Source: a virus
Virus record (IMG/VR): IMGVR_UViG_3300037313_001714
Location: 1-64,000 of that record
Length of the DNA stretch: 64,000 bases
Direction: 5' to 3' (one strand)
Numbering within the stretch: position 1 is the first letter of the stretch; each line of letters starts with the position of its first letter. A program made the position numbers and the translations under genes. Below the pieces are notes generated by a model that was not told the DNA's origin, made no database searches, and saw only the letters and a list, made by a program, of their open reading frames with translations. Shown here piece by piece: positions 18,083 to 28,106 of this stretch.

Positions 18083-18159
18083 GGCGAAACCTCTGTGCAG
18101 TGGGTTGAACGAGGTTTCACTGTCACGACGCAGCGCAGGCGCGCTGCTGGCGAAATGAA

Positions 18160-18663
18160 TCAGCCGCTGCTGATGCCGAGCGCGGGCGCGACGCGCCAAT
18201 CCGCGGGGTCCTCCGGCGCGTCCAGGTCGCCGCGCTTCGCTGCCATAGCCGACGCCTGCAGGTGCTCCTGCAGCTCCGCCTGCGCCTCGGCCTGCGTTTC
18301 GAACGTGAGCGGCTTGCCGGTCTCGTCCGTCGACACGTTCTGCCACTCGTTGTGGGCCAGGCGGTGCTGGATCTCCCACCGCGGCAGCTGCGCGCGTGTC
18401 ACGCAGGTATTGAATGGGTCTTCGTCCTGGTGCGCGGCCAGGATCTCTTCCCAGTCTGCGATCAGCGCCTCCAGCTCGTCGACCAGGCAGGCCGGCACCG
18501 GCGCGAAGCGCGGATAGGCGTCGCTGTCCGGCACCGCAGCCTCCACCATGCGCAGCCACGCCGCGAGCGTCGCCGATGCGTGGGTGTCGGCCCAGCAGAC
18601 GAGGTCCGTCAGCTCGGCATCCGACGCGACGCTGAGCATTGCGGAGGGATCGCGCGCGCTCAT
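18160..18663 (-). CDS. hypothetical protein
   Basis: Coupled ORF; C-terminal 'GKPLTFETQAEAQAELQEHL'. Confidence 0.55.
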   Translation of the reverse strand: MSARDPSAMLSVASDAELTDLVCWADTHASATLAAWLRMVEAAVPDSDAYPRFAPVPACLVDELEALIADWEEILAAHQDEDPFNTCVTRAQLPRWEIQHRLAHNEWQNVSTDETGKPLTFETQAEAQAELQEHLQASAMAAKRGDLDAPEDPADWRVAPALGISSG

Positions 18664-19605
18664 GACTTGTCGGCCCAGTAGATGACCCAAACGAAGGTGC
18701 CGCCGATCATGCAGGCTATGTAGGTAAGAAGGGTCGGAATGCACCACCAGGCGGTGCTGTCAACCAGGAACGGCCAGCGGTGGACGACGTAGAAGCCGCC
18801 CCACAGCCAGCCCAGTGCCCAGGCGAAGGTGCCGACAATGCAGCTGCTGGCGCTCATGACTGTCCTTTCACTTCCGGGTCGTTCCAGTGCCTGCGCCCGT
18901 GCGCCCAGCACCAGCGGCAGACCGTGTCGTTGGCTTGGTGCGTGTTGTCGCACTCGCACGCAGGCGGCAGACCGTCCTCGTCATCGAGGATCGGCTCGTC
19001 GCGGGCAGCGCGCCGCTTGTCCTCGTGGCGCATGGCGCGGCTGTGCGCCGGCGGCTGCTTGCGCACCTTGATGTCGCCAGGCAAGGTCTTATGCTTCATG
19101 GCTTCAGTCCGGGCAGTAGGTTTCGTTGATGCTGCAGCCAGGCAGCGTGCCGGGGTCGATCAGCATGATCAGGCACGCCGAGCGGTCGATCTCGCCGCTC
19201 GGTCGCAGCAACTCCTCTGCCTCCTCGTAGCCCATGCCTTCTCGCTCGCGTGCATGCTTGCGAGCCGCCTCGAATAGTTCCTGTTCGTCGTGGACGTCCA
19301 GATCCATACAGATGCGCACGGCTCAGTCCTCCGAAGTGAATTCCTTGCCGACCAGCGCGGACCACTGCGCGGGGCCGTCGGCGCAGCAGATCGCCTGCAC
19401 CATCTGGCCGTAGGCGTCGGTGTAGCTCGCGTCGCGCACGCCGAGGTGCTCGAACAGGAAGGTCGCATGCGCCAGGTCGATGGTGGACGTGAAGGACACC
19501 GTCGCGGTGTCCTCGCCGTCGTGCAGGCTGAACTCGAAGACCGGCCCGTTCTCGTCGCGCTCGGTTAGGCTGTAGCTGAGGATCTCGGCGGTGAGCTTCA
19601 TGGCG

Positions 19606-19767
19606 TCAGTTCCCTTTCGGCTGGTGAAGCGGCACGACGCGCACGGCTGCACCGCTGGGCGGCGTGTTGTGCGGAACGGCAGCGACGGCTTCGAGGCGCG
19701 TGTTGAACGGCCCGACGCTGAAAGCGTGCTTGCCGCTGCCCACGAGGATGATGAATTGGTCTTTCAT
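19606..19767 (-). CDS. small protein, 'VGPF' paralog 1
   Basis: 'FIILVGSGKHAFSVGPFNTRLEA...VVPLHQP'. Confidence 0.5.
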   Translation of the reverse strand: MKDQFIILVGSGKHAFSVGPFNTRLEAVAAVPHNTPPSGAAVRVVPLHQPKGN

Positions 19768-20321
19768 GCGGTCAGTGTCGCGAGCGCCCGCAGGCGCGTA
19801 TGCGGCTATTCGATGATCGGAACTGGTCAGCCACGCGCTTCCCATCCCGGCTTGGCCGCAGGCTTCGGCGGTGCGAACGATCCGGCATTGCCACGTCCAA
19901 CCATCAACTCCAGGAGCTGGATCTCCCACGCCCCGCCTGCGCCCTCACGGGCCACTAGCCTTGTCCGCTGCGTTCCGATCAAAACCCGATCAAGAAATCA
20001 GTGCCGCACGGTCATAAACCAGGATGTCGCAGTCGTTCAGAAACCGCGCGCCTGGCTTTATGTCCTTGCACTCCTCGAGAAGCCGCCGGCGCAGCGCTCG
20101 CGCCGCGCGCTTGTCCGCGTGCGTGAACTGCGCGTCGCCGTTGAGCTGATAGAGGCGACACACCTCCTCGTCGCGCGACACCATGACGGTGCCGACCTGC
20201 ATCCGATCCACATCCAAAACGTCGCCTTGCCGCGTGCCGAACGGCGCGTAGCCGAGAACGACCATCCGGTGATCGAAGTCGATCTGGAGTGGACGAAACG
20301 TGAAGCGGCGCGGCTCCAGAC

Positions 20322-20507
20322 TCATGATGTCTCCTTGTCGTCGAAGATGCCGAGATCCACGCTCTCGTATGGCTCGATCTCGGCGTTGCAGGCGGGGCAG
20401 CGGTCATTGCACATGCACTCCCAGGCGTCCTCCCACTCGATGCCTGGCTGCACTGGGCAGTCGTCGTGCCGGTAGTGGTTCAGAAACCAGTTGTAGGACT
20501 TGCTCAT
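20322..20507 (-). CDS. small Cys-rich phage protein
   Basis: 'WEDAWECMCNDRCPACNAEIEPYES'. Confidence 0.6.
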   Translation of the reverse strand: MSKSYNWFLNHYRHDDCPVQPGIEWEDAWECMCNDRCPACNAEIEPYESVDLGIFDDKETS

Positions 20508-21199
20508 GGCTTTGGCCCCAAGTCGGCGATCAGTGCGTCCAGCTGCGCCACGCCGCGTCGTTCGGGCGTCTCGCCTGTGTTGTTGAACACCTGCGCCGTG
20601 CGCCCGTCCACCAGGATGCTTGCGTCATCCAGCCACAACATCGTTGGCATGCCGCTCAGTCCGAAAACCGGGTCAATGTCGCGGATCTCATAGCCGGCTT
20701 CACGCACGCGCCTAATGACGGCCGCAAGGAATTCATTGCAGAGGTTGCTCTTGTGGTTCATGCCACATCGAGGTGCTGGCGCGCCTCGCGCAGCATCGCC
20801 GGCAGGTCGTTGCCGACCAGCAGGTAGCCGTGCGCGTCATCGCTCGGATCGAAGATCATGTAGGCAGCGTCGGCGGCCGCTCGCAGACCCAGCGCCGTGT
20901 CGCAGATGGCGCTGAGCAGGGATGGATCGCGCTTGCTCACAACGTAGCCGTGGTCCAGCAGCCAGATCAGGTCTTCCATCACAGCCTCCGCAGGCCGCCG
21001 ATCGGCGACCACACGGCGACCGTGCGCCAGTCCTCGCGAATGGCGGCTTCGAAGCCGGCACGGCGTGCCGCCAGGATCGCGTCCTTCATGGTGGACCACT
21101 CGCCCGGCAGGCTGTAGCCCATGTTGGTCAAATGCACTCGGAACATTTCCGTGCTCCCGTTGTTGCGTGATTTTTCAGTGTCACCGGTGACTTGCGGCG

Positions 21200-21439
21200 T
21201 CACGCAGGCAATCGGTTCTTGGCAAAGCGACGCATCCAGCTGCGCACCACCTTGCCGACGTTGTTGTCGCCGGGACTGGAGGCGGCGATATGCACCGCCT
21301 TGCGCCCATCGGGCGCCTGAAGAACCAGGCGAATGTGCTGGCTGCGCGTGTCGGCGGCCTCGACGATCCTCAGGCCCTCGGACGCGGCGATGCGCCGCAG
21401 TTCTCGGATGGTGCGACCTTCCACGCTGTCTCTCCTCAC
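21200..21439 (-). CDS. HicA-like (dsRBD-fold) small protein
   Basis: 'RSQHIRLVLQAPDGRKAVHIAASSPGD' resembles the HicA-like GxH-strand-strand pattern. Confidence 0.35.
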   Translation of the reverse strand: MRRDSVEGRTIRELRRIAASEGLRIVEAADTRSQHIRLVLQAPDGRKAVHIAASSPGDNNVGKVVRSWMRRFAKNRLPA

Positions 21440-21680
21440 AACCGGTCGAGCCAGCTATTCAGGTCGTCGAACTGGGCGGCGTTGGGGTTCCATAGGTACG
21501 CCACCTCGCTCCAGCCGTCCTTTGCCACGCAGCGCACCAGGCCCCACCATTCGCCCAGCCAGGTCTGCCCCGGCCGAATCTCGGCCTCGTCGCTGAACAT
21601 GAAGCTCGTGGCAACGCACAGCGCATTCCACAGAACATGCGGCGCCTCGAAGATCGCCTTGAGTTTGCGCGGCTGTCGCT

Positions 21681-21890
21681 TCATGGTTGCTCCAGCGGCA
21701 CGATCCAGTAGGCCTCGTCGCGCACGCGCTCTTCGGCGTACTCGGCCGCGCTCATGTGATCGGCGAACGGGCCGACGTGCGTGAAGCCGTCGGTGGGCGA
21801 GCCGAACACCACGATGTGCGGGCCGGCGGCGACCTCGGCGAATGCCTGGCTCGTCACCTCCAGCACTTTTGCTGCTGCCGGGTCCATCAT
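21681..21890 (-). CDS. small protein, 'VGPF' paralog 2
   Basis: 'HIVVFGSPTDGFTHVGPFADH...IVPLEQP'. Confidence 0.5.
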   Translation of the reverse strand: MMDPAAAKVLEVTSQAFAEVAAGPHIVVFGSPTDGFTHVGPFADHMSAAEYAEERVRDEAYWIVPLEQP

Positions 21891-22345
21891 GCGGTCGCCT
21901 CCGCGCGCAGCACGTTCAGCTGGTGGCGCAGGCGCTCCAGCGCCAGCTCCTTGTCGCTGGGGTCGCCGTCTTCGTCCTCGCCGAGCCTGTCGTTGTACGC
22001 GGCGATGATGCTTGTGTCCCATTCGCCGCAGCCGTACGGCTCGAACAGCCGCGCGAAGGCGTCCTCGCCGAACAGCGCGTCGAGCCACTCCCAGTCTTCC
22101 GGGAACTGGTTGGTGCCCTGCGGCACGACGCACCAGCTTGTGGTGCCGAAGCTGCGGTCCACCTCCGCCAGGGTCATGCCTTGATCCTGAAAGAACTTGT
22201 CCTGGGCCAGCCAGCCGGCGCAGCAGGCGAGCGTGCCGCAGTCGCCTTGCGCCGGGACCAGAAAGTGCGCCAGGTTCACGTCCTTCTCGGGCACCGCCTG
22301 CATGATGGCGATGGCGCGCTCGATGTTCTCGATGGGTGTGCTCAT
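21887..22345 (-). CDS. hypothetical protein, CGxxAC family paralog 1
   Basis: 'DCGTLACCAGWLAQDKFFQDQG'. Confidence 0.7.
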   Translation of the reverse strand: MSTPIENIERAIAIMQAVPEKDVNLAHFLVPAQGDCGTLACCAGWLAQDKFFQDQGMTLAEVDRSFGTTSWCVVPQGTNQFPEDWEWLDALFGEDAFARLFEPYGCGEWDTSIIAAYNDRLGEDEDGDPSDKELALERLRHQLNVLRAEATA

Positions 22346-22707
22346 GACGTTGCCTTCATCCTTTCTCGCATTCCTGCGAAAGCGCCTTGGTCAGGTTGTC
22401 GTAGACCTGCAAGCAGTGGTCGTAATCGCCGACAGCCAACACGACGTCGTTGAGAACGACGCGCCAGTTGTGCCGCAAGGTGTCGTGCAGGATCAGCTCA
22501 TGGCCGCCGACGAACGCATGGCGCTCGGGCGCCAGGTTGCGCGGCGGGCGCATGCCCCAGGCCTGCTCGATGGTGGAGGCGACAGCGCTCATGGCTGCGC
22601 GCTCCGGGTGTAGCGTTTCATTTCCAATGTCCCCCTGATGCGGTGAATGACGATGCGCTCATGGTCGCCCGCATGCGCAGGCGGCCGCGCGGCAACCGCG
22701 CGGGTGC

Positions 22708-23136
22708 CTAGAGCTGCGCCGCGAGGCGGTTGATCTGGTTCTGCAGGCGGTTCACGACTTGCTGGTGGTGCGACACGCCTTCCTCGCCGTCCGACGAGCG
22801 GAACAGCGAGCCATCGCCGAACAGTTCGCTCGCGACAGTGCAGGGCAAGGTGGCGACCTTGGTGCCGTTCTGGTCGACCAGGACCGGCGCATTGCCCCAG
22901 TCGCGCGACATGCCGGCGTACTCTTCAGGCGGACTCGCCTCGCGGTCGCTGCGCACGCCCTTGGCGCGGAACTCGGGCCAGGTTGTCAGGTGGCCGCCGA
23001 AGCAGGCTTTGGTGCCGCACTTCCAGTCGCCCAGGTCTACATGACGCGGCTTGACGTCCTGCTGCCAGATCAGCAGCGCCAGCAGGCAGTTCTGCAGCTG
23101 CCGCTCGGTGCGTTGGCGGTTGGTTTCGCGTGCCAT
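22708..23136 (-). CDS. hypothetical protein, CGxxAC family paralog 2
   Basis: 'QLQNCLLAL...KCGTKACFGGHLTTWPEFRAKGV'. Confidence 0.7.
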   Translation of the reverse strand: MARETNRQRTERQLQNCLLALLIWQQDVKPRHVDLGDWKCGTKACFGGHLTTWPEFRAKGVRSDREASPPEEYAGMSRDWGNAPVLVDQNGTKVATLPCTVASELFGDGSLFRSSDGEEGVSHHQQVVNRLQNQINRLAAQL

Positions 23137-23137
23137 G

Positions 23138-23548
23138 TCATGCCTCCAGTGCGACGTCTTCGGACAGTTCCTCGATGCGCCGGCGCAGCCGCTCGCGCAC
23201 CTGCTGGTGCTGCGACGCGCGGCCGCCGAAATTGCGGCCGTCGAACAGGTTGGCATCGCCGAACAGGTACTGGGCCACGCCGAAGCCGTTGATGCCGGTC
23301 TCCTCGCCGTTCTCGTCCACGAGCATCGGGAAGCCGTCACGGTGGGCGCGCACGCCTTGGTCGCGGAACTCCGGCCAGGTGGCGAGCCAGCCGCCGAAGC
23401 ACGCCTTCATGCCGCAGGACTTCGCGCCACAGTTCTCCCTGCGCCAGTCGTCCAGGTACACCTGGCGCGGCGTCACGGTGTCCCACAGCACGGTGGCGAG
23501 CAGGCAGTTCTGGAGCTGTTGCTCCTCGGTCAAGCAGTACGGAATCAT
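23138..23548 (-). CDS. hypothetical protein, CGxxAC family paralog 3
   Basis: 'QLQNCLLAT...SCGMKACFGGWLATWPEFRDQGV'. Confidence 0.7.
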   Translation of the reverse strand: MIPYCLTEEQQLQNCLLATVLWDTVTPRQVYLDDWRRENCGAKSCGMKACFGGWLATWPEFRDQGVRAHRDGFPMLVDENGEETGINGFGVAQYLFGDANLFDGRNFGGRASQHQQVRERLRRRIEELSEDVALEA

Positions 23549-23988
23549 TCCGGTTTCTCCTGTGTGGTTTCGGGTTGCGGCGCAGACGCCTCGGTGATGG
23601 CAGCGGCCGCCTCTTCCCGCGCGCTGCGCTCGATGCTTTCCGCCATCTGCCGGCGCACCGACTCGGTGTCGCTGATGGCGTTCAGGACGGCGTCGCGCAG
23701 CAGGATCGGCTGGCCCATGCGGCCGTTGCCGTTCTTCACGCGCATGGCGGTGCTCACCGCAGCGGCCGGCGTGAAGCGGGTGGCGTTCGGCACGTTCGTG
23801 GGCCGCGGGTTGCCGTAGCCACCGCCACCCTCACTGAACTTCAGGCTGATGCCTTCGACCTGGACGATGTGGCTCTTGGCGCCTGCGCCTTCGAGGGCGA
23901 GCTGGTCGGCAAGGGCACCCAGCTCGGCGAGGTGGGCATCGAGGCGATCGATCTCCGCCTGTAGGGCGGCCGTCTGTGTGTCGGTCAT
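23545..23988 (-). CDS. hypothetical coiled-coil protein
   Basis: Start MTDTQT; coupled to its neighbours. Confidence 0.55.
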   Translation of the reverse strand: MTDTQTAALQAEIDRLDAHLAELGALADQLALEGAGAKSHIVQVEGISLKFSEGGGGYGNPRPTNVPNATRFTPAAAVSTAMRVKNGNGRMGQPILLRDAVLNAISDTESVRRQMAESIERSAREEAAAAITEASAPQPETTQEKPE

Positions 23989-24404
23989 GGGAATTTGCTT
24001 CCTGTGGTGAGAGGAGGTCGAAAGTCGAACAGGACGTTCTCCAGCTCCAGCACTGCGTGCCGGTACAGCGCGTCGTCCAGCAGGACGTACATGCCGTGCG
24101 GGTCGCGCGCGTAGGCGCGCTGCAGGGCGTCCAGCTGCTCGATCGACAGGCCGGTGGCGTCCAGCACGTGCGGCAAGCCGATCGACTCGATGGTCAGGTC
24201 GCGCAGCTTCTTGACGGCATCCTTGCCGCAGCAGCGCTGCACGTCCGCCTGGTCGCGGTCGCCGATCCACTGGCCCAGGCAGACCAAGTCCGCGCAGTAC
24301 CAGCGGCCGGCGCTCGCCCGCGCCATGTCCATCGCCGTGCGCACGCTGGCGAGCATGTGCGCGTAGCGGCGCTGGCGCGTTGCCTGGTCAATCACAGTGG
24401 CCAC
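23985..24404 (-). CDS. hypothetical protein
   Basis: 139 aa coupled ORF. Confidence 0.55.
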   Translation of the reverse strand: MATVIDQATRQRRYAHMLASVRTAMDMARASAGRWYCADLVCLGQWIGDRDQADVQRCCGKDAVKKLRDLTIESIGLPHVLDATGLSIEQLDALQRAYARDPHGMYVLLDDALYRHAVLELENVLFDFRPPLTTGSKFP

Positions 24405-24678
24405 CTTCGCTGTGGTCGCTGGGCGGGTAGATCGTGTGGCGCTCCAGGCGGGTGGGCTGCGGCCGCACGCCCTCCTCGCGCACCGTGACGGCGCTGCAGC
24501 TGTCCTGCAGCGCGCAGCGGATCGCCTCGACCCGCCGGGTGCGCTCGCTGGGCGGCAGCGCGTCCGTGTCGCCGTCGTAGTTCACGGGAAAGCCGCAGTG
24601 CCGCAGCGCAGCGGCGATCTCGCGGGCCAGCGTGGTCTTGCCGGACTTGGCCACGCCGCGCACGATGATCTCCATCAT
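24388..24678 (-). CDS. small P-loop protein
   Basis: 'IIVRGVAKSGKTTLA' Walker A in only 96 aa; AGGAG SD and operator upstream. Confidence 0.55.
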   Translation of the reverse strand: MMEIIVRGVAKSGKTTLAREIAAALRHCGFPVNYDGDTDALPPSERTRRVEAIRCALQDSCSAVTVREEGVRPQPTRLERHTIYPPSDHSEGGHCD

Positions 24679-25261
24679 GGTTTGTTCTCCTGGCTCAGCG
24701 GTGACTTACTCGTTCAGGCCGGCGTTGATTGCGTCGGCGTACGTGCCGCCCTCCACTGCGCTGTGGGCGCGCGAGGCGACCGCCTGGTGCTGCGCGGGTT
24801 GCGCTGCGGGCGTGTACGTGCGCATGTCGTAGACGGTCACGGGACCGGGCTTGCGCATCTCCAGCACGCGCGAATGGGTCTTGAACGCTTTGCGCGTGGT
24901 GGCGCGCTGCTTGTCGGTTTTCTTGGGCACGCTGCCCATGAAGGCGGACATGGCGAGAATCCTTTCGAGGGTTGGGTTGCTGCGTCGTTGCAGTGCTTGC
25001 AGTGTCGAGCGCGCCTTCAGGCGATCTCGCGGCTGTCGCCCGCCTTCTTCAACTTGCCGCTGGCGTGCGCGTGCGCCTGCGCATCGGCCCAGGCGTCGTA
25101 CTCGCTGTACGTCTTGTGGTCGTGGTGCTGCAGGCTGCCGCACTGGTCGTTGACCCAGCGGTACTCGCCGTGGTGCGCCCGCGGCCACTTCTCGCCAAGG
25201 TGCTCGATGCGGTAGCCGAGCGTGCGCAGGCGGTCGGTGTTGAGGATCTGGTTGTGGCCCA

Positions 25262-25570
25262 TCAGTGCAAGATTCCTTCGATCAGGTAGCTGCCGGCAGG
25301 CAGGCCGGCGCTGTTGCGGAGCGCTTCCGCGGTGAGTGGCGCGACGACGAAAAAGCGCATGAAGTGGCGATCGGCGCCGGTGCCGTGCACCACCGCCGCG
25401 CCGGCGTCGTCGAGCGTGATCGGCTGGTCGGCCAGGTCCACCTGACGGTGGCCCAGGTCCAGCGCGAGCTGGCCGTCCTCGAAGAAAAGGACCTCGCGCA
25501 CCGGCTGGTTGTCGATGCTGGAGCCGGCGGCCGCAGCCACCGCCTCGAACAGGGTCGTGACGAACGGCAT
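25262..25570 (-). CDS. hypothetical protein
   Basis: Start MPFVTT; coupled ORF. Confidence 0.55.
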   Translation of the reverse strand: MPFVTTLFEAVAAAAGSSIDNQPVREVLFFEDGQLALDLGHRQVDLADQPITLDDAGAAVVHGTGADRHFMRFFVVAPLTAEALRNSAGLPAGSYLIEGILH

Positions 25571-25575
25571 GGCGC

Positions 25576-26499
25576 TCAGATGTGGCAGTCCACCACGGTG
25601 ACGGTGGTCTCCGGCGCCAGGCCGCGCACGTAATCCCAATACTGGCGCGTGAAGGCTTCCTTGGTCTCCGGCGTCTCGCTGGAGATGCCAAACCAGCCCA
25701 TTTCGCCAGGCTCGAGCCAGCGGCCGTCGTGCGTGAGCAGCGCGTAGGTGCGGCTGTTGTCCATGCCTTCGTACTCGGCGTAGGCGTCGCGCGTCTTGGC
25801 CATCACGGCCTCCAGGATCTCCGCGTCGCTCATGAACGAGCCGATCACCGCGTGCGCTTCCTTCACGCCGGGCTGGGCGTTGTATGCCTCGCGCGCCTGC
25901 TCGATGGTGATTTCCTGCGACTTCACGCGCGCGACGAACTTGGACCACGGCGTCGGGCGGTGCTCGCCGAGCGCCGCCATCACCTTGTCGTGCAGCTCGC
26001 CGGCGGCCTGACCCGCTTCGGCGATCATGCCTTCGAAGTCGACGTCGCCGACCTGCGCCTGGTCGACGTAGCCGGCCTTGCGCGACTTGTCCTCGTCCAG
26101 CAGCGACTTCTCGCCGCGCTCGCCCGCCGCACCGGCCTTGAGCTTGAGGAAGTCGGACCAGCGGCCGCCCACCTGATACCAGTCCCACTTGGCGTTCGGA
26201 TTGGTGCGATCCACCGCCTTCACGAGCTGGCCGTCCTGCACGACCGCGTAGCCGAACTGGTGGTCGCCATCGCGGTCGACCTTGGACTCGTCATCGACGA
26301 CGCGCTCGTCCAGCCCGAAGTAGGACAGCGCCTCCTCGAGCGGCTCGGCTTTGTCGCCGGTCATGCGGGCGCGCACCTTGTCGGTGATGTCCATGTCCTG
26401 CACGTATTCGTCGTTCAGGCCGGTGCATTCGAATTCATGGAATGGCGCAAGCGCCCGTTCGTAGTCGTCGCCGACGACCAGCACGGTGAAATGGCTCAT
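25576..26499 (-). CDS. conserved-type phage hypothetical protein
   Basis: 'MSHFTVLV...NPNAKWDWYQVGGRWS...EPGEMGWFG...TVVDCHI'. Confidence 0.8.
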   Translation of the reverse strand: MSHFTVLVVGDDYERALAPFHEFECTGLNDEYVQDMDITDKVRARMTGDKAEPLEEALSYFGLDERVVDDESKVDRDGDHQFGYAVVQDGQLVKAVDRTNPNAKWDWYQVGGRWSDFLKLKAGAAGERGEKSLLDEDKSRKAGYVDQAQVGDVDFEGMIAEAGQAAGELHDKVMAALGEHRPTPWSKFVARVKSQEITIEQAREAYNAQPGVKEAHAVIGSFMSDAEILEAVMAKTRDAYAEYEGMDNSRTYALLTHDGRWLEPGEMGWFGISSETPETKEAFTRQYWDYVRGLAPETTVTVVDCHI

Positions 26500-26537
26500 G
26501 GATGGTTCCCTTGTGGGTTGATGAAGCGCTCAGTGTT

Positions 26538-26846
26538 TCAACCGTGCGCAGGCTCTTCGTAGGCAACCTTGTCGGCGCCCACGTCTGCCGCGCAGAGCGG
26601 GCGCTGGTCGAGCAGGCTGCCGCAGACGAACCGGAACCGCACCGGGCCGTCCCAGTCCACGCACTCGATGTCGGCGTAACCCTCCTCGTCGACCAGGATG
26701 TCCTGGTCGGGGCTGGCCAGCGCCTCGGTGTCGTCGCTGCACTCGCCACGCGCGACGTTCGCGACGGCATGCATGTAGCCGTCCTCGCCGCGGATCAGCA
26801 CGCGCGCGGCGGCCCGCGTGGCCGCCTCCAGGGTGGTGCGAAACAT
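26538..26846 (-). CDS. hypothetical protein
   Basis: AAGGAG SD; start MFRTTL. Confidence 0.55.
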   Translation of the reverse strand: MFRTTLEAATRAAARVLIRGEDGYMHAVANVARGECSDDTEALASPDQDILVDEEGYADIECVDWDGPVRFRFVCGSLLDQRPLCAADVGADKVAYEEPAHG

Positions 26847-26857
26847 CGCGGGCTCCT

Positions 26858-27739
26858 TCACTTCGCTGCCTTGCGCCGCTTCTTGAGCGGGTAGGCCTCT
26901 TCCTTGACGCCCTTGATGACCGTGAGGCGGCGGCGCTTCATGAAGTAGGAGATGGCGTTTTGCACCTTCAAGAAGGTGTCGCGCCACATTGCCGAGGTCG
27001 CCGTGTTGTTGGCGTTGTCCAGCAGGTAGTTGCGCATGGTGATGGCGGCGCTGTCGGCGTCGCCTTTGCTGTAGCCGTTGCCCAGCACCTTGCAGAATTC
27101 GTCCAGGCGGTCGAGGTCCTTTTCGTGATACCAGGCGCGCGCCACCGCGGCGAAGACAACGCTGTTGGCGATGTAGCGGCGGTGCGGAACGTGCCCGTTG
27201 GCCCACTCGGCGGCTTCGCGGTGCTCGGCGACCAGAAGCAGCTTCTGCGCGAAGGACAGCGTGTCGCGCGCGCTTGCCATGCCGTTCTCGACGGCCCGCG
27301 CGATGGCGATGATCGTGTTGGAGAGGTGGGTGTCTTTTTCGCTGATGCGCCCCGCGTCCACCAGCGTGCGCGGCAGCTGGGTGTCGATATTCAGGCCGGC
27401 AGCGCGCGGCAGCCCGCGCACCACGATCATGTCCTGCGCGACGCCGCTGTTGACGATGGCCCACAGGCGGTGCTGCCCGTCGGCGATGTCGCCGTCGTCG
27501 TAGAAGACGATCGGCGCCACGCAGAAGGTCCAGTCGCCGTTCTTCATGTCCTCGGTGAGCATCTCCACGCGTCCTTCGCGAAGGGCGCGGTTGCAGTTGT
27601 TGTGCTCGTTCAGCCACTTCTCGGCTTTGGTGGGCGTGATGCGCTCGACCTGGATGCTCAGGACGCCTTTCTTGAACAGCGTTTCGAAGACCTCGACCGC
27701 TGCCGAGGTGGGTGTGCTCTCGCGTTCTGCAAATGACAC
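26858..27739 (-). CDS. ParB-superfamily DGQHR-domain protein
   Basis: 'NNCNR..L...V......M..G.W...PIVF...DIADGQHRLWAI'; GTG start after AGGAG. Confidence 0.8.
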   Translation of the reverse strand: MSFAERESTPTSAAVEVFETLFKKGVLSIQVERITPTKAEKWLNEHNNCNRALREGRVEMLTEDMKNGDWTFCVAPIVFYDDGDIADGQHRLWAIVNSGVAQDMIVVRGLPRAAGLNIDTQLPRTLVDAGRISEKDTHLSNTIIAIARAVENGMASARDTLSFAQKLLLVAEHREAAEWANGHVPHRRYIANSVVFAAVARAWYHEKDLDRLDEFCKVLGNGYSKGDADSAAITMRNYLLDNANNTATSAMWRDTFLKVQNAISYFMKRRRLTVIKGVKEEAYPLKKRRKAAK

Positions 27740-27771
27740 AGGACTCTCCTGGTGGTTGGAAAAAAAAAGGG

Positions 27772-27876
27772 TCAGCGCGTCGGCTTCACCGGCGGCAGGC
27801 TTGGGAAGGGCCACTGGTTGCGGTCCGGGGTCGGTTTGGGTTGCGCCGCGCGCAGCGGGGGCGGGTTCCAGCTCAT
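27772..27876 (-). CDS. 34-aa Pro-rich micropeptide (MSWNPPP...QWPFPSLPPVKPTR), not in the ORF track
   Basis: AAGGAG SD before ATG; located downstream of the operator/TAAAAT promoter at about 27990-28009. Confidence 0.5.
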   Translation of the reverse strand: MSWNPPPLRAAQPKPTPDRNQWPFPSLPPVKPTR

Positions 27877-28051
27877 TGCTCTCTCCTTGAAAGTCACGGA
27901 TGACTCAACCATCCGGGCGCAGCTTGGGCCTCATGTGAAGCCGGGTTCTGCGTCACCGCGATTCACGCAGTATCGCGCAGTGCGTCAGGATTTTAGAGTC
28001 ACCAGTGACTTTGCCGCAAGTGTGGAAGTGTGATTGCCTGTTGCGATCGAC

Positions 28052-28075
28052 AAAAAAGAGGCCCCGCAGGGCCTC
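28052..28075 (-). terminator. rho-independent terminator
   Basis: GAGGCCC-TGCG-GGGCCTC-TTTTTT on the minus strand. Confidence 0.75.
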
Positions 28076-28106
28076 AACGTCCAACGCACCCCCGTTGATA
28101 CGTGTG

